Shown: one piece after another, positions 1-11,844 of the stretch | How positions within the stretch are numbered: position 1 is the stretch's first letter | Layout: each line of letters opens with the position of its first letter | NCBI GenBank assembly: GCA_951804945.1 | Contig: OX638159.1 | Coordinates: 45,880,001 to 45,944,000 of the forward strand | Reading direction: 5' to 3' | Length of the DNA stretch: 64,000 bases | Origin: Podarcis cretensis | Lineage: Eukaryota | Position numbers and translations under genes: made by a program | The notes under the pieces: generated by a model | The model's input: the letters and a program-made list of their open reading frames with translations, nothing else | Told to the model about the DNA's origin: nothing | Databases searched by the model: none

Positions 1-1868
1 CAGCAGCACAGCCTGCTGGACTGGTTGTACATAAGAAGGCAAACAGGGCGATGGATGGCTGAAGGCAGACTGAGATTGGTTAGTTGGTGTCCCATTCACT
101 TTAATGGACCAGCCTCCTCTGTGGTAGGTGAGTCCTGCCTCAAGCAGAATCTGGATAGGTCTTGTTTTGGCGAGGAGTGCTCTAGCTCTGGATTTCCTGC
201 ACTGAGCAGGTTCTTGAACTAGATGGTCTACAACATTTGAATAAGACCATCAGTGGGTGGAATTCAGTGTAGCACACAGTGGGGTCTGTATACATGGAAT
301 AAGATCTGTTCACGCAATGTGACTTTTTCAACTTCTACTTCCCCTCACATGCCCACCATGTATCCCCTAAATGTGTTCTCCCAACCCCCCAGAGCAAATT
401 TAGGGGGCTGTAATGCTTTGAGCAAGTGAATCTTATTCCATGCACACATGAATCGCACACAATGGGTCTACTCTGACTATGAATTATTGGATCTAACCCA
501 TGGATACATTTCATCAAAGTCCCCCAAGATTCTCTTTTAGGTTCCAATATCCCTTTCTTCTCAGCCTTTTAATTGACCTCAGGGTGGGGCAGAGAAAAAC
601 TGAGGGTGGAGGAACCCTGGAGGCAGACAATCCCCAGGAGAAGGGAAGTCGTTTCACTTTTATTACTCACCACACTTGACCTTTTTTTTTTTTTTTTTTT
701 TTTGCAAACACATTGTAGTATATGAGTGGAGTGCCTCAACTGCTGAACAGTGCTGATTTTATTATATAAATATAGGGCTCTTCTTAAGAAATGGAAAGCT
801 TAGGCAATCGCTCGCTTTCCGGTCCACACACGCTGCCGCACTCAATGGTCCTGTTAACAGCTAGATTTTTCAATCCACCTTCCTTGATTCTGGTTAGATT
901 CAACCTGCAAGGCACACACAGAACATGATATGTGTTGATCCCACTTTACAAGCAGTCATTTGAAGCAGCCTCGAATTTGTTAACAGTGGGACAACAGGGA
1001 AGGTATCAGGTTTGCCGTGAACTTAACTCCCTCAAAGGGAGCTCTTTAAAAAAAAAGTTTTGGTTAATGAAATGTATCATAAAGAGGGAAAAGTTCAAAC
1101 ACTTGCTTCATGTGCGTGTTATACCCTGCAGGTATGGTATTTAACGCCCCTCTTAAACCATGTCTTTTGCTTTTCCACTTGAAACATAATGAGGAAGCCA
1201 AAGAATACTGTAGGCTGAGATTTCTATGGTTCTGATCACAGGGAAGGTTTACAAGAAGGCAATGCCGGAATACAGCAGCGTCTCTTTGCAACCCCACTGC
1301 AGGGGGCTTCATATTGTACTCCACTGAAGAGTACATTTTAGAGTCAGGAGGAGCGACAGATGAACACTGCCACCCCCCTCCACATCATGATATACTTTAA
1401 TAGAGGAGTCAATTTGCAGAGTTCACATGGTTCCATGGGGTCATTGTCCTAATACCACCCGATTTGTTGTACTTTTATGCTCTGGAGGAAATCTCTTGAG
1501 TAACAGTGAGTTTATTTAGCTGCATAAAGTTTGGCTGGCTCCAGTTCATTCAGAGGCCTGTGTGTGGAAGGCAGGAAAATCCCAGCTTGCAGCTTCAGAG
1601 GAGTCGGTGCTCAGTGACATTAATAAGATCCAGAGCCAAGAATTGGACAGCTGTGATCTTCTTTATCCTCTGCCCTGCAGGGTGAGTGTGTTTTAAAGCT
1701 TATCATCTTCTTTACAGTATTCCTCGCCCCGTACTGTTGCAGCATGAATGGGGCTGGGAAGGCTGGAATAACAAGAGAGCTGAGAATTGCTATTCTCACG
1801 TCGCTTAGTGAGCTATGCGAGAGCAGTGGGTACAAATGTATCTAAACAAGATTCTCTCTACAGTGGTA

Positions 1869-2230
1869 AAAGGTAAAGGTACCCCTGCCCGTACGGGCCA
1901 GTCTTGACAGACTCTAGGGTTGTGCGCTCATCTCACTCTAGAGGCCGGGAGCCAGCGCTGTCCGCAGACACTTCCGGGTCACGTGGCCAGCGTGACGAAG
2001 CTGCTCCGGCGAACCGGCACCAGAGCAGCACACGGAAACGCCATTTACCTTCCCGCTAGTAAGCGGTCCCTATTTATCTACTTGCACCCGGGGGTGCTTT
2101 CGAACTGCTAGGTTGGCAGGCGCTGGGACCGAGCAACGGGAGCGCACCCCGCCGCGGGGATTCGAACCGCCGACCATGCGATCAGCAAGTCCTAGGCGCT
2201 GAGGTTTTACCCACAGCGCCACCTGCGTCC
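1869..2230 (-). mobile_element. Sauria SINE, young, inserted at a MITE TIR
   Basis: Reverse complement of the SINE head and (ACCTTT)n tail. TSD CTACAGTGGTA at 1858-1868 and 2231-2241. Confidence 0.92.
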
Positions 2231-2256
2231 CTACAGTGGTACCTCTACAGTCTCTA

Positions 2257-2498
2257 TAGTGGTACCTCGGGTTAAGTACTTAATTCGTTCTGGAGGTCCA
2301 TACTTAACCTGAAACTGTTCTTAACCTGAAGCACCACTTTAGCTAATGGGGCCTCCTGCTGTTGCCGCGCCACCGGAGCCCAATTTCTGTTCTCATCCTG
2401 AAGCAAAGTTCTTAACCTGAAGCACTATTTCTGGGTTAGCGGAGTCTGTAACCTGAAGCATATGTAACCTGAAGCATATGTAACCCGAGGTACCACTG
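2257..2498. mobile_element. Tc1/mariner-superfamily (Tigger/pogo-like) MITE, family A
   Basis: TIRs (C)AGTGGTACCTCGGGTTA / TAACCCGAGGTACCACTG, TA TSD, internal TAACCTGAAG repeats. Four copies in the window. Confidence 0.9.
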
Positions 2499-5295
2499 TA
2501 TTTATAGTCACCTTGATGAGAACCGCTAAAGTAGGATCATTCTTACAAGGAATCATTGGGGGAGGGGGTAATAAACAGGCATTTGAAAGGAGTGGTGTAG
2601 TAGATTCTGTAGATAAAAGAAGATGGACTAAAGCTCTGAGGTGGTAAAATCCAGAGGCACAGCATGTTCAGTAAAAACTTTGGGAGAAATGTCTCCCCGC
2701 TCAAAAGTCTGCTTACACCGGATGTGGAATGCAGCTGCATGTTTTCTAATAACCAGGATGTTAGGAAGGTTCTTTCTGTGTGTGTGAAATGAAGGCTGTT
2801 AAATGGATGCAACAGGGTGATTATGTAATGCTATCTCTATCCCCATCCCAGCTCCTCTTATGAGAAAGCAATCCTGGATTTGTTCCCCCACCCCAAAAAG
2901 GTTTACTAGCAATTTAATAAAAGGGACTGTTTCACAAGTTATTTTAATTTTAAACATATGCAACTTAATGAATCACTCCACTCTTTTACATACAACGCTG
3001 AAAATAAGTTTCAGCTTGTATGACTATGTGGCCAGGTTCCTTTAGGGCAATGCATGTGACGGTGAAGGGTCTGAAATCTGGTGAATGCCAGGCATCCCAA
3101 ATAAATAATTGTAAATGTCTGAAATGTCAGGGATACACTGGTGCACATATTGTAGACCCTCATTTAATAGTGACTGTCTCTTTCAAATGCCCCCAAAGTG
3201 GGATAATTGGGGTCCTTCACAAAATTCCCCTGGGATTGTCAGCATGTCAACATTCACCAAATTTTGGACATCCAGTGAAATACATAACGTATAATTGTCA
3301 GGGGTCCCTTTACCTTTACCTTTACCTAATCTGCAGCAACTAGTGTCCTGTTAAGGGTAAAGCAACTTAGTGATCCTATATTTTCTGCCAAGCTGAGTCA
3401 ATGTCTTCAGGATTGTATCCTCCTGATGAGCATTTCCCATCAATCAAGAAGATAAAATCCTTGCAGGCAACAGATGCTGATTCTTAAACAGCTTAGATGC
3501 TCAGACCACATCAGAAATGTCAAGAAAAGCCCTTTTGAACTTTATTTATTGTCGTCAAAACGAAATTCACCTTTCATCTCCCTTAACATCATATCCTTTT
3601 CTGTAAATTTCTTAAACTGCTGCACCTGCTTCAGTAGGCTTTTAATTGGGATTTTTATGACTTTTATATTTGATGTCCAAATTCCACTATAACAGATGAA
3701 TATCACCAGACTAGATGTGCAATTAAGGTAAACAGCTGAAGGAGATTATATATTATACCAGAAAACTGTATTTTACTTATATAAGTTTCAGATTTATTTG
3801 TTTATTGCAGTTATGATCATTCAGTTTATCATTCCTAGACCAGCATCTCAATCTGAAAGTTGTAGGGTTTACGGTAGCTAGCAAAATTAGAAACAAAATC
3901 TATTTTCTAATGTGATCTATGGGATGAAAGACAGCCACACCTAACAGTCTGATCCTTAGCTTATCCTAGCATAACTTCCACTGAGTTCAGTGGGGCTGAT
4001 ATACAAATGAGTATTCACCGTACTGCAAACTTAATTCCATAATTAAGGGACTTAGTTAATAATTTATAAGTTTTGATGTCTCCATACATACAGAGAAATT
4101 GGTTTTTGCATATATAGTAGTTAGGAATACACAAATCAGTCTATTTGTGAACTGTGTCAATTTCCCAAATTCATTCTGTCACAATTTCCTCATTAATCTA
4201 TAGATATTTTTTTAAAGTACTTAAATACACGTTTAATTAATGTACAGACATCTGAATGTACACACTTCTAAATATATTTTATTTAATATACACACTTCTA
4301 TGCCTTTGGGGATATACTTTGAGCTGACAACCAGAACACAAAACTCAGAGAGGGCTATTACATTCTGACTTGTACATAAGTCTGGGAGGTGAAAAACAAG
4401 TCAGTTCCCTTTCAAAATGCAATCAAAGTGAAATGTTTATTCATTCCTAAAAAGTAGTTCAACTTGGGTGAGGTGCCACATGAATGAGCAGAGAACTGTT
4501 TATTAAAGATGGAGGACACCAGGTTGGGGAAGGTTGATCTAATCCAATGTTTGTAGAATGCTCCCCCAAGGGAGTAATCATCCGACTGTGACACTTGGCA
4601 TTGGATAGTCACTAGCACCAATGAAATTACTAGCAAGGTCAACAGGTGCAGGCAGTTGTGAACCCCACCTTTAAAACTGAACAATTTCCTCATTCACTTT
4701 ATTTAATAACCCAGATTGATTGACTGTGCAACCTTTGCATTTTCTCCACCAATATTTATCTTCTCTTCCACAATATTCCTATCCTACACAAAAATGTAAA
4801 CTAGCTGCAACACTGTTAACTACATTCGGAAATAAGTTATAACCCTGTGATGAAGAGTTGCAGGATTTGGACCTCTGATAAGTCTTTAAAATCTTTTTAT
4901 TCCCTGCTTCAGTAAAAAAAAATTGATGCTGTCAAAACAAAGAGCAGATTAAGCTATAAAAGTCTGGAATGCACAGTAGGCATGAGGTTTTAGGAGTTAC
5001 AGATATTGTGCATTGAACAGCTGATACATGGATCTATCAAAAAGTTAAATATTTACAGAATAATTTATTTGGGTATATTAAAGGCTTAATCATTTCTGGA
5101 AGGATCTTCCTAACCAAAGAAAGACGATAATGCTAGACATGGACAATCATTGACAAAAAAATGAATTTTGTTATGTAACTATTGCATCTCTGTGTAGAGC
5201 ACTAGGGTCCAAGATTCATTCTGCAACAAACATACTTCAGGGAAGAGCTGTAGCTCAGCGGTAGAGAATCTGTTTTGCATGCAGAAGGTCTCCTT

Positions 5296-5548
5296 GAGAG
5301 CCAGTGTGGTGTAGTGGTTAAGAGCAGCAGACTCGTAATCTGGTGAACTGGGTTCGCTTCCCCGCTCCTCCACATGCAGCTGCTGGGTGACCTTGGGCTA
5401 GTCACATTTCTCTGAAGTCTCTCAGCCCCACTCACCTCACAGAGTGTTTGTTGTGGGGGAGGAAGGGAAAAGGAGATTGCTAGCTGCTTTGAGACTCCTT
5501 CGGGTAGTGATAAAGCGGGATATCAAATCCAAACTCTTCTTCTTCTTC
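5296..5548 (+). mobile_element. tRNA-derived SINE family B with (CTT)n tail
   Basis: A box TGGTGTAGTGG, B-box-like GGTTCGCTTCC. Near-identical copies at 22028 and 57537. Interrupts an older SINE. Confidence 0.88.
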
Positions 5549-5659
5549 AGGTACAATCCCCAACATCTCCATGTGTAGGTCTGGGAGAGAACCCTGCCTG
5601 AAACCTTGGAGTGCTGCTGCCAGTCAGGGTAGAACAAATTGCGCTAGATAAGACCAGTG

Positions 5660-6347
5660 TTAAATAAGTTAGAGTTCTTGTTATTAAATATTCCAAGAAA
5701 AAAGCACACCAAGAACTCAGGCCAATGTAAGTTTCAATAGACTATGGACTAACATGAACCTACTGGTTTCTGTTCCATAATTGACTTCTGACTTCTGCTT
5801 AATGATTGAAACTAAGACCTCCACGTCGAATCTGACTATGGAATAGCATGAACTTATCTCTACTCACAAACTCTTACAGTGGTACCTCGGGTTAAGTACT
5901 TAATTCATTCCTGAGGTCCGTACTTAACATGAAACTGTTCTTAACCTGAAGCACCACTTTAGCTAATGGGGCCTCCAACTGCTGCCGCGCCGCCGGAGCA
6001 CGATTTCTGTTCTCATCCTGAAGTAAAGTTCTTAACTTGAAGCACTATTTCTGGGTTAGCAGAGTCTGTAACCTGAAGTGTATGTAACCTGAAGCGTATG
6101 TAACCGGAGGTACCACTGTATTTCTAATTCTGTAACCAATTATTGTGTTATACGTATCTTTATGAGTTTGAGTTTATAATCTCTGTTAGAGTTTATAAAC
6201 TCTATTTGAGTGTGTAATCCTTGTCAGAATACATACTTTTGAATGGATTAGTTTTTGTTACTATTGACTAGTGATTTGCGAGTAGGGACAACTCTCACTA
6301 TTGAAACCTACATTGGCCTGAGTTCTTGGTGTGCTTTTTTCTTGGTA
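5660..6347. mobile_element. Unclassified insertion with asymmetric 48-bp inverted repeats and 15-bp TSD (possibly Penelope-like)
   Basis: TSD TAGATAAGACCAGTG (5645-5659, 6348-6362). IR 5693-5740 / 6298-6345 with one mismatch. Confidence 0.7.
5877..6118. mobile_element. MITE family A copy
   Basis: Same TIRs and TA TSD as 2257-2498. Confidence 0.9.
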
Positions 6348-6699
6348 TAGATAAGACCAGTGGCCTCACTCATGATAAGGCAGCTTCTGGTGCCCCTATA
6401 TGTTTCCCAATAGAAGGGGAGGCTCTTTAAAGAATGGATGGACATACTACCTACTTAACAATATTAAAATCAAAGGAACTTTCTGCTTTATTTTGGTGAG
6501 GGTGGAATATATTTCAAAATGATATATGGGTCATTTAAAGAGCTAGTGTAGTGGAAAGTATGAGACTTCTGATAAGGAAACTGAATACAAATCTCTGTTA
6601 GCCATGAGTGAGGCCATAGCCACTCCATACATTTAAAGCACTTGTTGGCATCTGTCTGCTTTGAGAGACAGTGGAGTGCTGCTCTGGGTGTGAAGTCAA

Positions 6700-7050
6700 A
6701 CCAGTGCATTGCCAGCATCAAAGTGACCTCCCCAGGGCACAAGCCTGGACAGTGTGTGTGGACGTCCTGGGCTGCCCAGATGATAAGGCCCCTCTCTCAG
6801 CCTAGCTGATGTGGTCCAAAGGAAAGCAGAGCAATACGTTTGACACCAGATTAGCTGCAGGAGTTGCCAGAAGGAGGCATACAAGGTGCCATCCAACTGT
6901 CTTAGGAACTCACTAAGGATTTGTGTAGGGTTTGCTCCTTAACCTTTTCTTCTCCTGAAGATATTCCGCAAGGCAGTTGAAGTTTAGGACCACAGTTTTC
7001 CTTCTCCTTAGATGGGCTACCTTCCCAGGTTCATAAACCCCATTTGCTCC
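6700..7050 (-). mobile_element. Degraded RTE-like 5' region or derived short element
   Basis: Minus strand AACCTGGGAAGGTAGCCCATCTAAGGAGAAGGAAAACT resembles RTE-clade 5' UTR motifs. Recognition only. Confidence 0.4.
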
Positions 7051-7085
7051 CATTTAAAGCACTTTGATACCACTTTAACAGTCAT

Positions 7086-7733
7086 TTGTTGTTGTTTAGT
7101 CATTTAGTCGTGTCCGACTCTTCGTGACCCCATGAACAAGAGCATGCCAGGCACTCCTATTTTCCACTGCCTCCCGCAGTTTGGTCAGACTCATGCTGGT
7201 AGCTTCGAGAACACTGTCCAACCATCTCGTCCTCTGTCGTCCCCTTCTCCTTGTGCCCTCCATCTTTCCCAACATCAGGGTCTTTTCCAGGGAGTCTTCT
7301 CTTCTCATGAGGTGGCCAAAGTATTGGAGCCTCAGCTTCAGGATCTGTCCTTCGAGTGAGCACTCAGGGCTGATTTCCTTCAGAATGGATAGATTTGATC
7401 TTCTTGCAGTCCATGGGACTCTCAAGAGTCTCCTTCAGCACCATAATTCAAAAGCATCAATTCTTCGGCGATCAGCCTTCTTTATGGTCCAGCTCTCACT
7501 TCCATACATCACTACTGGGAAAACCATAGCTTTAACTATACAGACCTTTGTTGGCAAGGTGATGTCTCTGCTTTTTAAGATGCTGTCTAGGTTTGTCATT
7601 GCTTTTCTCCCAAGAAGCAGGCGTCTTTTAATTTCGTGACTGCTGTCACCATCTGCAGTGATCATGGAGCCCAAGAAAGTAAAATCTCTCACTGCCTCCA
7701 TTTCTTCCCCTTCTATTTGCCAGGAGGTGATGG
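7086..7733 (-). mobile_element. BovB (RTE clade) LINE, 5'-truncated 3' end
   Basis: Peptides DFTFLGSMITADGDSSHEIKRRLLLGRKAM...YGSESWT and RVPWTARRSN...YFGHLMRR...GVTKSRTRL in one frame with a single TGA (7435-7437). (CAA)n tail. Confidence 0.96.
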
Positions 7734-10081
7734 CTTCCCTCAAAGAATCCTGGAAACTGCACTTGCTTGGAGTTCCCTATCTTGCACACAGAGCTACAGT
7801 TTACCAAGTGGCTTAATCATTCCCTCTTCCTAGGGAGCTCTGGGAATTGTAGCTCCTCTTCCAGATCCCGCTTGCTCATGTGCATGTGCTAAACCTTGGT
7901 TTGGCTTACTGTGACACGTGAACCAAGCCAGTATGTGCATTCCTATCATGAAAACCCATCTAACATGAAAAGTATGCATCTTTGGTCAATTGTGCCTGCT
8001 TTATACCATGCTTTTTAAGAGCAAGTAGAGAAGTGCAAGGTTGTTCACTTTCGATTCATGGGATGGCTGTTTCCACTAGACCTACCTCTAAACCAACATA
8101 GAAAGTGTCCAGGTATTATTCGACTCTAGCTCCCATCAGCCTCAGCCAGCATGGCCAATGGTCAGGGGTGAAGGGAGTTTTAGTTCAGCAGCATCTGAAG
8201 GCAACTATGTTGACTACCACTGATCTTAACAGTCTTCTCTGTTTTAGGTTGGGAAAGCTAAAGTGATTTTGTTGATGCAACTATCAGGAATAGTGTTTTA
8301 TCTAATGTTCCTTTTTGTCTGGACTCAACAGGGTAATGTGCAGTCAAATTTGCATATAGTTAAACTCCAGGCAACAGGGCTGCAGGACACAAATGTATCT
8401 GTCAAAAGTTAATGAGCATCTGTTTACTATACTTGGGCTGCAGTGTTAAAAACATAAATTTAACTCAGCTCCCCCCCCCCCAAGTAAATATGCCTGCTTT
8501 GAACATGAAGGGGTTACCTGCAGACAAAAACAAAACAAAACAAAACAAAAAACCGTAACTTGAATATATAGAGAGACTAAAGCTGATCCCTGTAATTTAG
8601 CTCTTTTGTAGTACAGCAGTCTAAAGAAACAGATAGCTTAGTTGTTTCAGATGTTAGACTTCAATGAGCCAGGATGGATTTCTTTTAAGATGGCACCAAT
8701 TTTTATCTAATTTATTGGCTTTGTAGTCTTTATGAGTTTGCTTTCTTAATGTCAACAATTAAAGAGGGATTCACACTCATTTAGTGGTCACCTTCTTCTT
8801 TTTGGAGTCCATATATTCTTTTATATTTAATTCCCATGTGGATTATTGGTGTGTCTTTAAAAAATAATAATAATCACCTGTCTCACATGCTTCAGGGCCA
8901 GCTTTCAAGATTTAGTAACCACAAGTACAATACCTGAATATCATCTAAAGTTGATGAATAATGACAAGCTAGCTATATGGCTGGCTTCCTATGTGGCAAA
9001 GGAACTGCAGTGGCAGCAATGAGTTATTACAGGACACGAGAACCATTGCAAGAGAATCTATGAAGTGTCAAGCCTGCACTCTTCAGACAAGGGATCATTG
9101 CTCTGTAGTACAGACAGGATAGTGGAGAAATTAACTTCAGTTCACATTTAAAGACAAATTGACCTATTTTGCCATTTCTCTATCTATTTTCTCCATGCCA
9201 TGCATAATTTCATAAATTTCTACCATGTCACCTCTTATTGCCTTTTCTCTGAACTAAAAAGTCCCCATTACTGCAAACTTTTCTTGAAGAAGAGTCATAG
9301 CAAAAGGCAGAATAAACCCTCATAACAGGGCATCTGGGGGGCAGGATTGGGCTGCGCCAATGTAAGATCCACGGGATCCTGGACAGATCCTGCTGCCCTA
9401 AAATGATGGCATTGGGCTCAATTCGGACCTCTTTGCTATGCGTGCCCCTACAACTTCCATCATGGATGGCGCAAGTGTTAGTGCTCTGCATGCAGTGCTG
9501 GCTGTGCCACTTCATTAACTCCTGCCACAGACAGACAGGGGTAAGGATTGCACCCTAAGCCAATATGGCTCTCCTACTACCACTCTGTGTGCAGTACTGG
9601 TCAAATGGAGGCCACATTCACTCCATACATGTAAAACACTGTGATACCAAGAGTCATGGCTTCCTCTAAAGAATTCTGGGAGTTGTTGTTTTTTGCAGGG
9701 ATTAATGGGTTACTGCCTTTGGTTTGATTTTGTATGTTGTGGTCTTGTTGTGAACCGTCCTGAGACCTCTGTGTATAGGGAAGTGTATAAGTTGAATTAA
9801 TAAAACAAAAAATAAAATGGGGGTGTGGAGAGTTGTTAAGGGAATCCTATTCGCTTCCCAGAGCTACAGTTCCCAGAATAGGGAACTATGGGGTCTCCTA
9901 ACAACTCAGAACGCTTAACAAACCACAGCTCCCAGAATTCTTTGGTGGAAGCAATGATTGTTTATGGGACACAGGTGGCGCTGTGGGTTAAACCACAGAG
10001 CCTAGGACTTGCCGATCAGAAGGTCGGTGGTTCGAATCCCTGTGACGGGGTGAGCTCCCGTTGCTCGGTCCCTGCTCCTGC

Positions 10082-10785
10082 CAAAGCCACTCCCGATCTG
10101 GAGAGGGGGTGGGGTTGCGGGCTCACGACCCATCAGCAATCTCGTGGGGCTGGCATCAGCCCCGCGAGTAGCAGGGATTCCCCTAAACTCATTAGTATTC
10201 ACCGCCCTCAGCGGCAGCCAATCGGCTGCCGCTGGGGGCGGGACCTCAGGGATCATTTAAGGTCGGGGCAGCCCTGGCTCGCCCCTTTCGTCTCCGCAGC
10301 AGGCGACGCCCCCCGGAGTCCTTTAACGAACTACCCTTCAAGCTTTGGGGGAGGTGATAGCGTTCCTCCCCCCCCAACCTCATTTCCATAACAATACCCC
10401 TGCCAATGCCTAACCGCCAAAACCAGGAGTTGTGACGTTTTGCTACAAGGTAGGCGAAAAAACCAAGTGGCTATCAAATACAGCCAATTAAGCCAAATGG
10501 AAAAACTCCTACCCGGCCCCATGCGGCGACCAGCCGAAGCCCATAGCAAAGTCCAAATGCAGGCCTAAAGGGCGGGTGGGCGGGAAACCGCTGCTGCTGC
10601 GGAGACGAAAGGGGCGAGCCAGGGCTGCCCCGACCTTAAATGATCCCTGAGGTCCCGCCCCCAGCGGCAGCCGATTGAGTTTAGGGGAATCCCTGCTACT
10701 CGCGGGGCTGACGCCAGCCCCGCGAGATTGCTGATGGGTCGTGAGCCCGCAACCCCACCCCCTCTCCAGATCGGGAGTGGCTTTG
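10082..10785. repeat. Inverted repeat pair from the Ngaro A-type repeat (10082-10302 vs 10594-10785)
   Basis: Near-identical reverse complements. The left arm has 29 extra bp (10191-10219). Confidence 0.95.
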
Positions 10786-11200
10786 CGTGGCGATACCCTC
10801 CCCATCCCAAGAAGAACTAAATAAAGACACCGGACACCAAATTTAAGGTTAATGGGCGAAAATGGCCACAACTTTATTGATTACAGGTAAGAGCGGTATT
10901 GGCTTTAGGCATTGGCCCTACCAGACTATCCGGTCTAACCGGGAAGGGTTAAGCACCAGCCGGGAGAGCCCCCGAGATGCACATCCCTGGGCGCTCCCCA
11001 GGGGGTTACCGCTTGGGAGCGCGCTTTAGGCCCTAGCCTCCGTAGGTTTCGGACGAGGCAACGCCCCCCGGAGTCCTTTAACGAACTACCCTTCAAGCTT
11101 TGGGGGAGGTGATGGCGTTCCTCCCCCCCAACCTCATTTCCATAACAATACCCCTGCCAATGCCTAACCGCCACACGATCCAGGCTCGCCGCCAATACCC

Positions 11201-11775
11201 TCAAACCTGTAACCAATCCCTGATCCCATTAAAAATTTCGGCCAGCCACACATCATTACCATCATCAGAAAGATGCACGCCATCCCCGCGGTAGAGTGCC
11301 ACGCTGCTATAATGGATGCCAGGGTGTTCGATGACACTCCCCCCCATCGCAGTCACTCTACGTGCCACCGAGCGCTCAAGGATCCTCCTGGCTCTATTTA
11401 CCGCCACAGGGTTGGTGGCACCCCGCCAACAGTGCCTCACCAGCAAAGATGACCATATAATTGTAAGTTTTGGACAGGCGACCCGCAATGCCTCTAGGTC
11501 ATTGATAATATGCCACATAACGTCCACCCCCTTCCTGTAGGCCAGGTCATTCTCGCCCAGCTGGATGACCAGCGCCTCGGGTGGGCCCAGTATTGCCAGT
11601 TTATTCGATAACGTTGGGAGGAATTCCTCCCAGCGCATTCCGCGACGAGCGAACCAGGAGATTTTAACATTATTAGGGAGCTGCAGATCATGACAGCCAC
11701 CTCTGCTAAGCGCCCGCCGTCTTGCCCAGTAGACGATGCTATGACCGAGGATCCATAGGCGCACCACACCAACAC
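11201..11775 (-). CDS. SGNH/GDSL-type hydrolase (esterase) carried by the Ngaro element
   Basis: Block I WILGHSIV, block II RGMRW, block III QLGENDL, block V DGVHLS. Frame is open and preceded by a polypyrimidine-CAG acceptor at 11776-11800. Confidence 0.88.
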
Positions 11776-11844
11776 CTGGAAAGATAAGAAAGCAGGAGAG
11801 CCGGATCAGGGAGGGGTGCAAATGGGGGAGGAAAACAACGGGGT

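Larger units (their letters stand above)
5240..6390 (+). mobile_element. Older tRNA-derived SINE family C, split by three later insertions
   Basis: GCTGTAGCTCAGCGGTAGAG head (5240-5295), body 5549-5659, tail 6348-6390. Similar uninterrupted copy at 19754-19920. Confidence 0.7.

Noticed and set aside
2300-2490. Repeated TAACCTGAAG units resembling a CRISPR-like array
   Set aside because: Internal subterminal repeats of a MITE present four times in a eukaryotic genome.
5240-5360. tRNA-like sequences (also 9966, 19754, 22028)
   Set aside because: SINE heads with SINE bodies and tails; no complete cloverleaf.
10082-10785. Reading the inverted repeat as DIRS1-type ITR/ICR termini
   Set aside because: Direct B repeats, the hydrolase ORF and absence of a methyltransferase indicate Ngaro. 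The inverted arm starts and ends mid-repeat at microhomologies.
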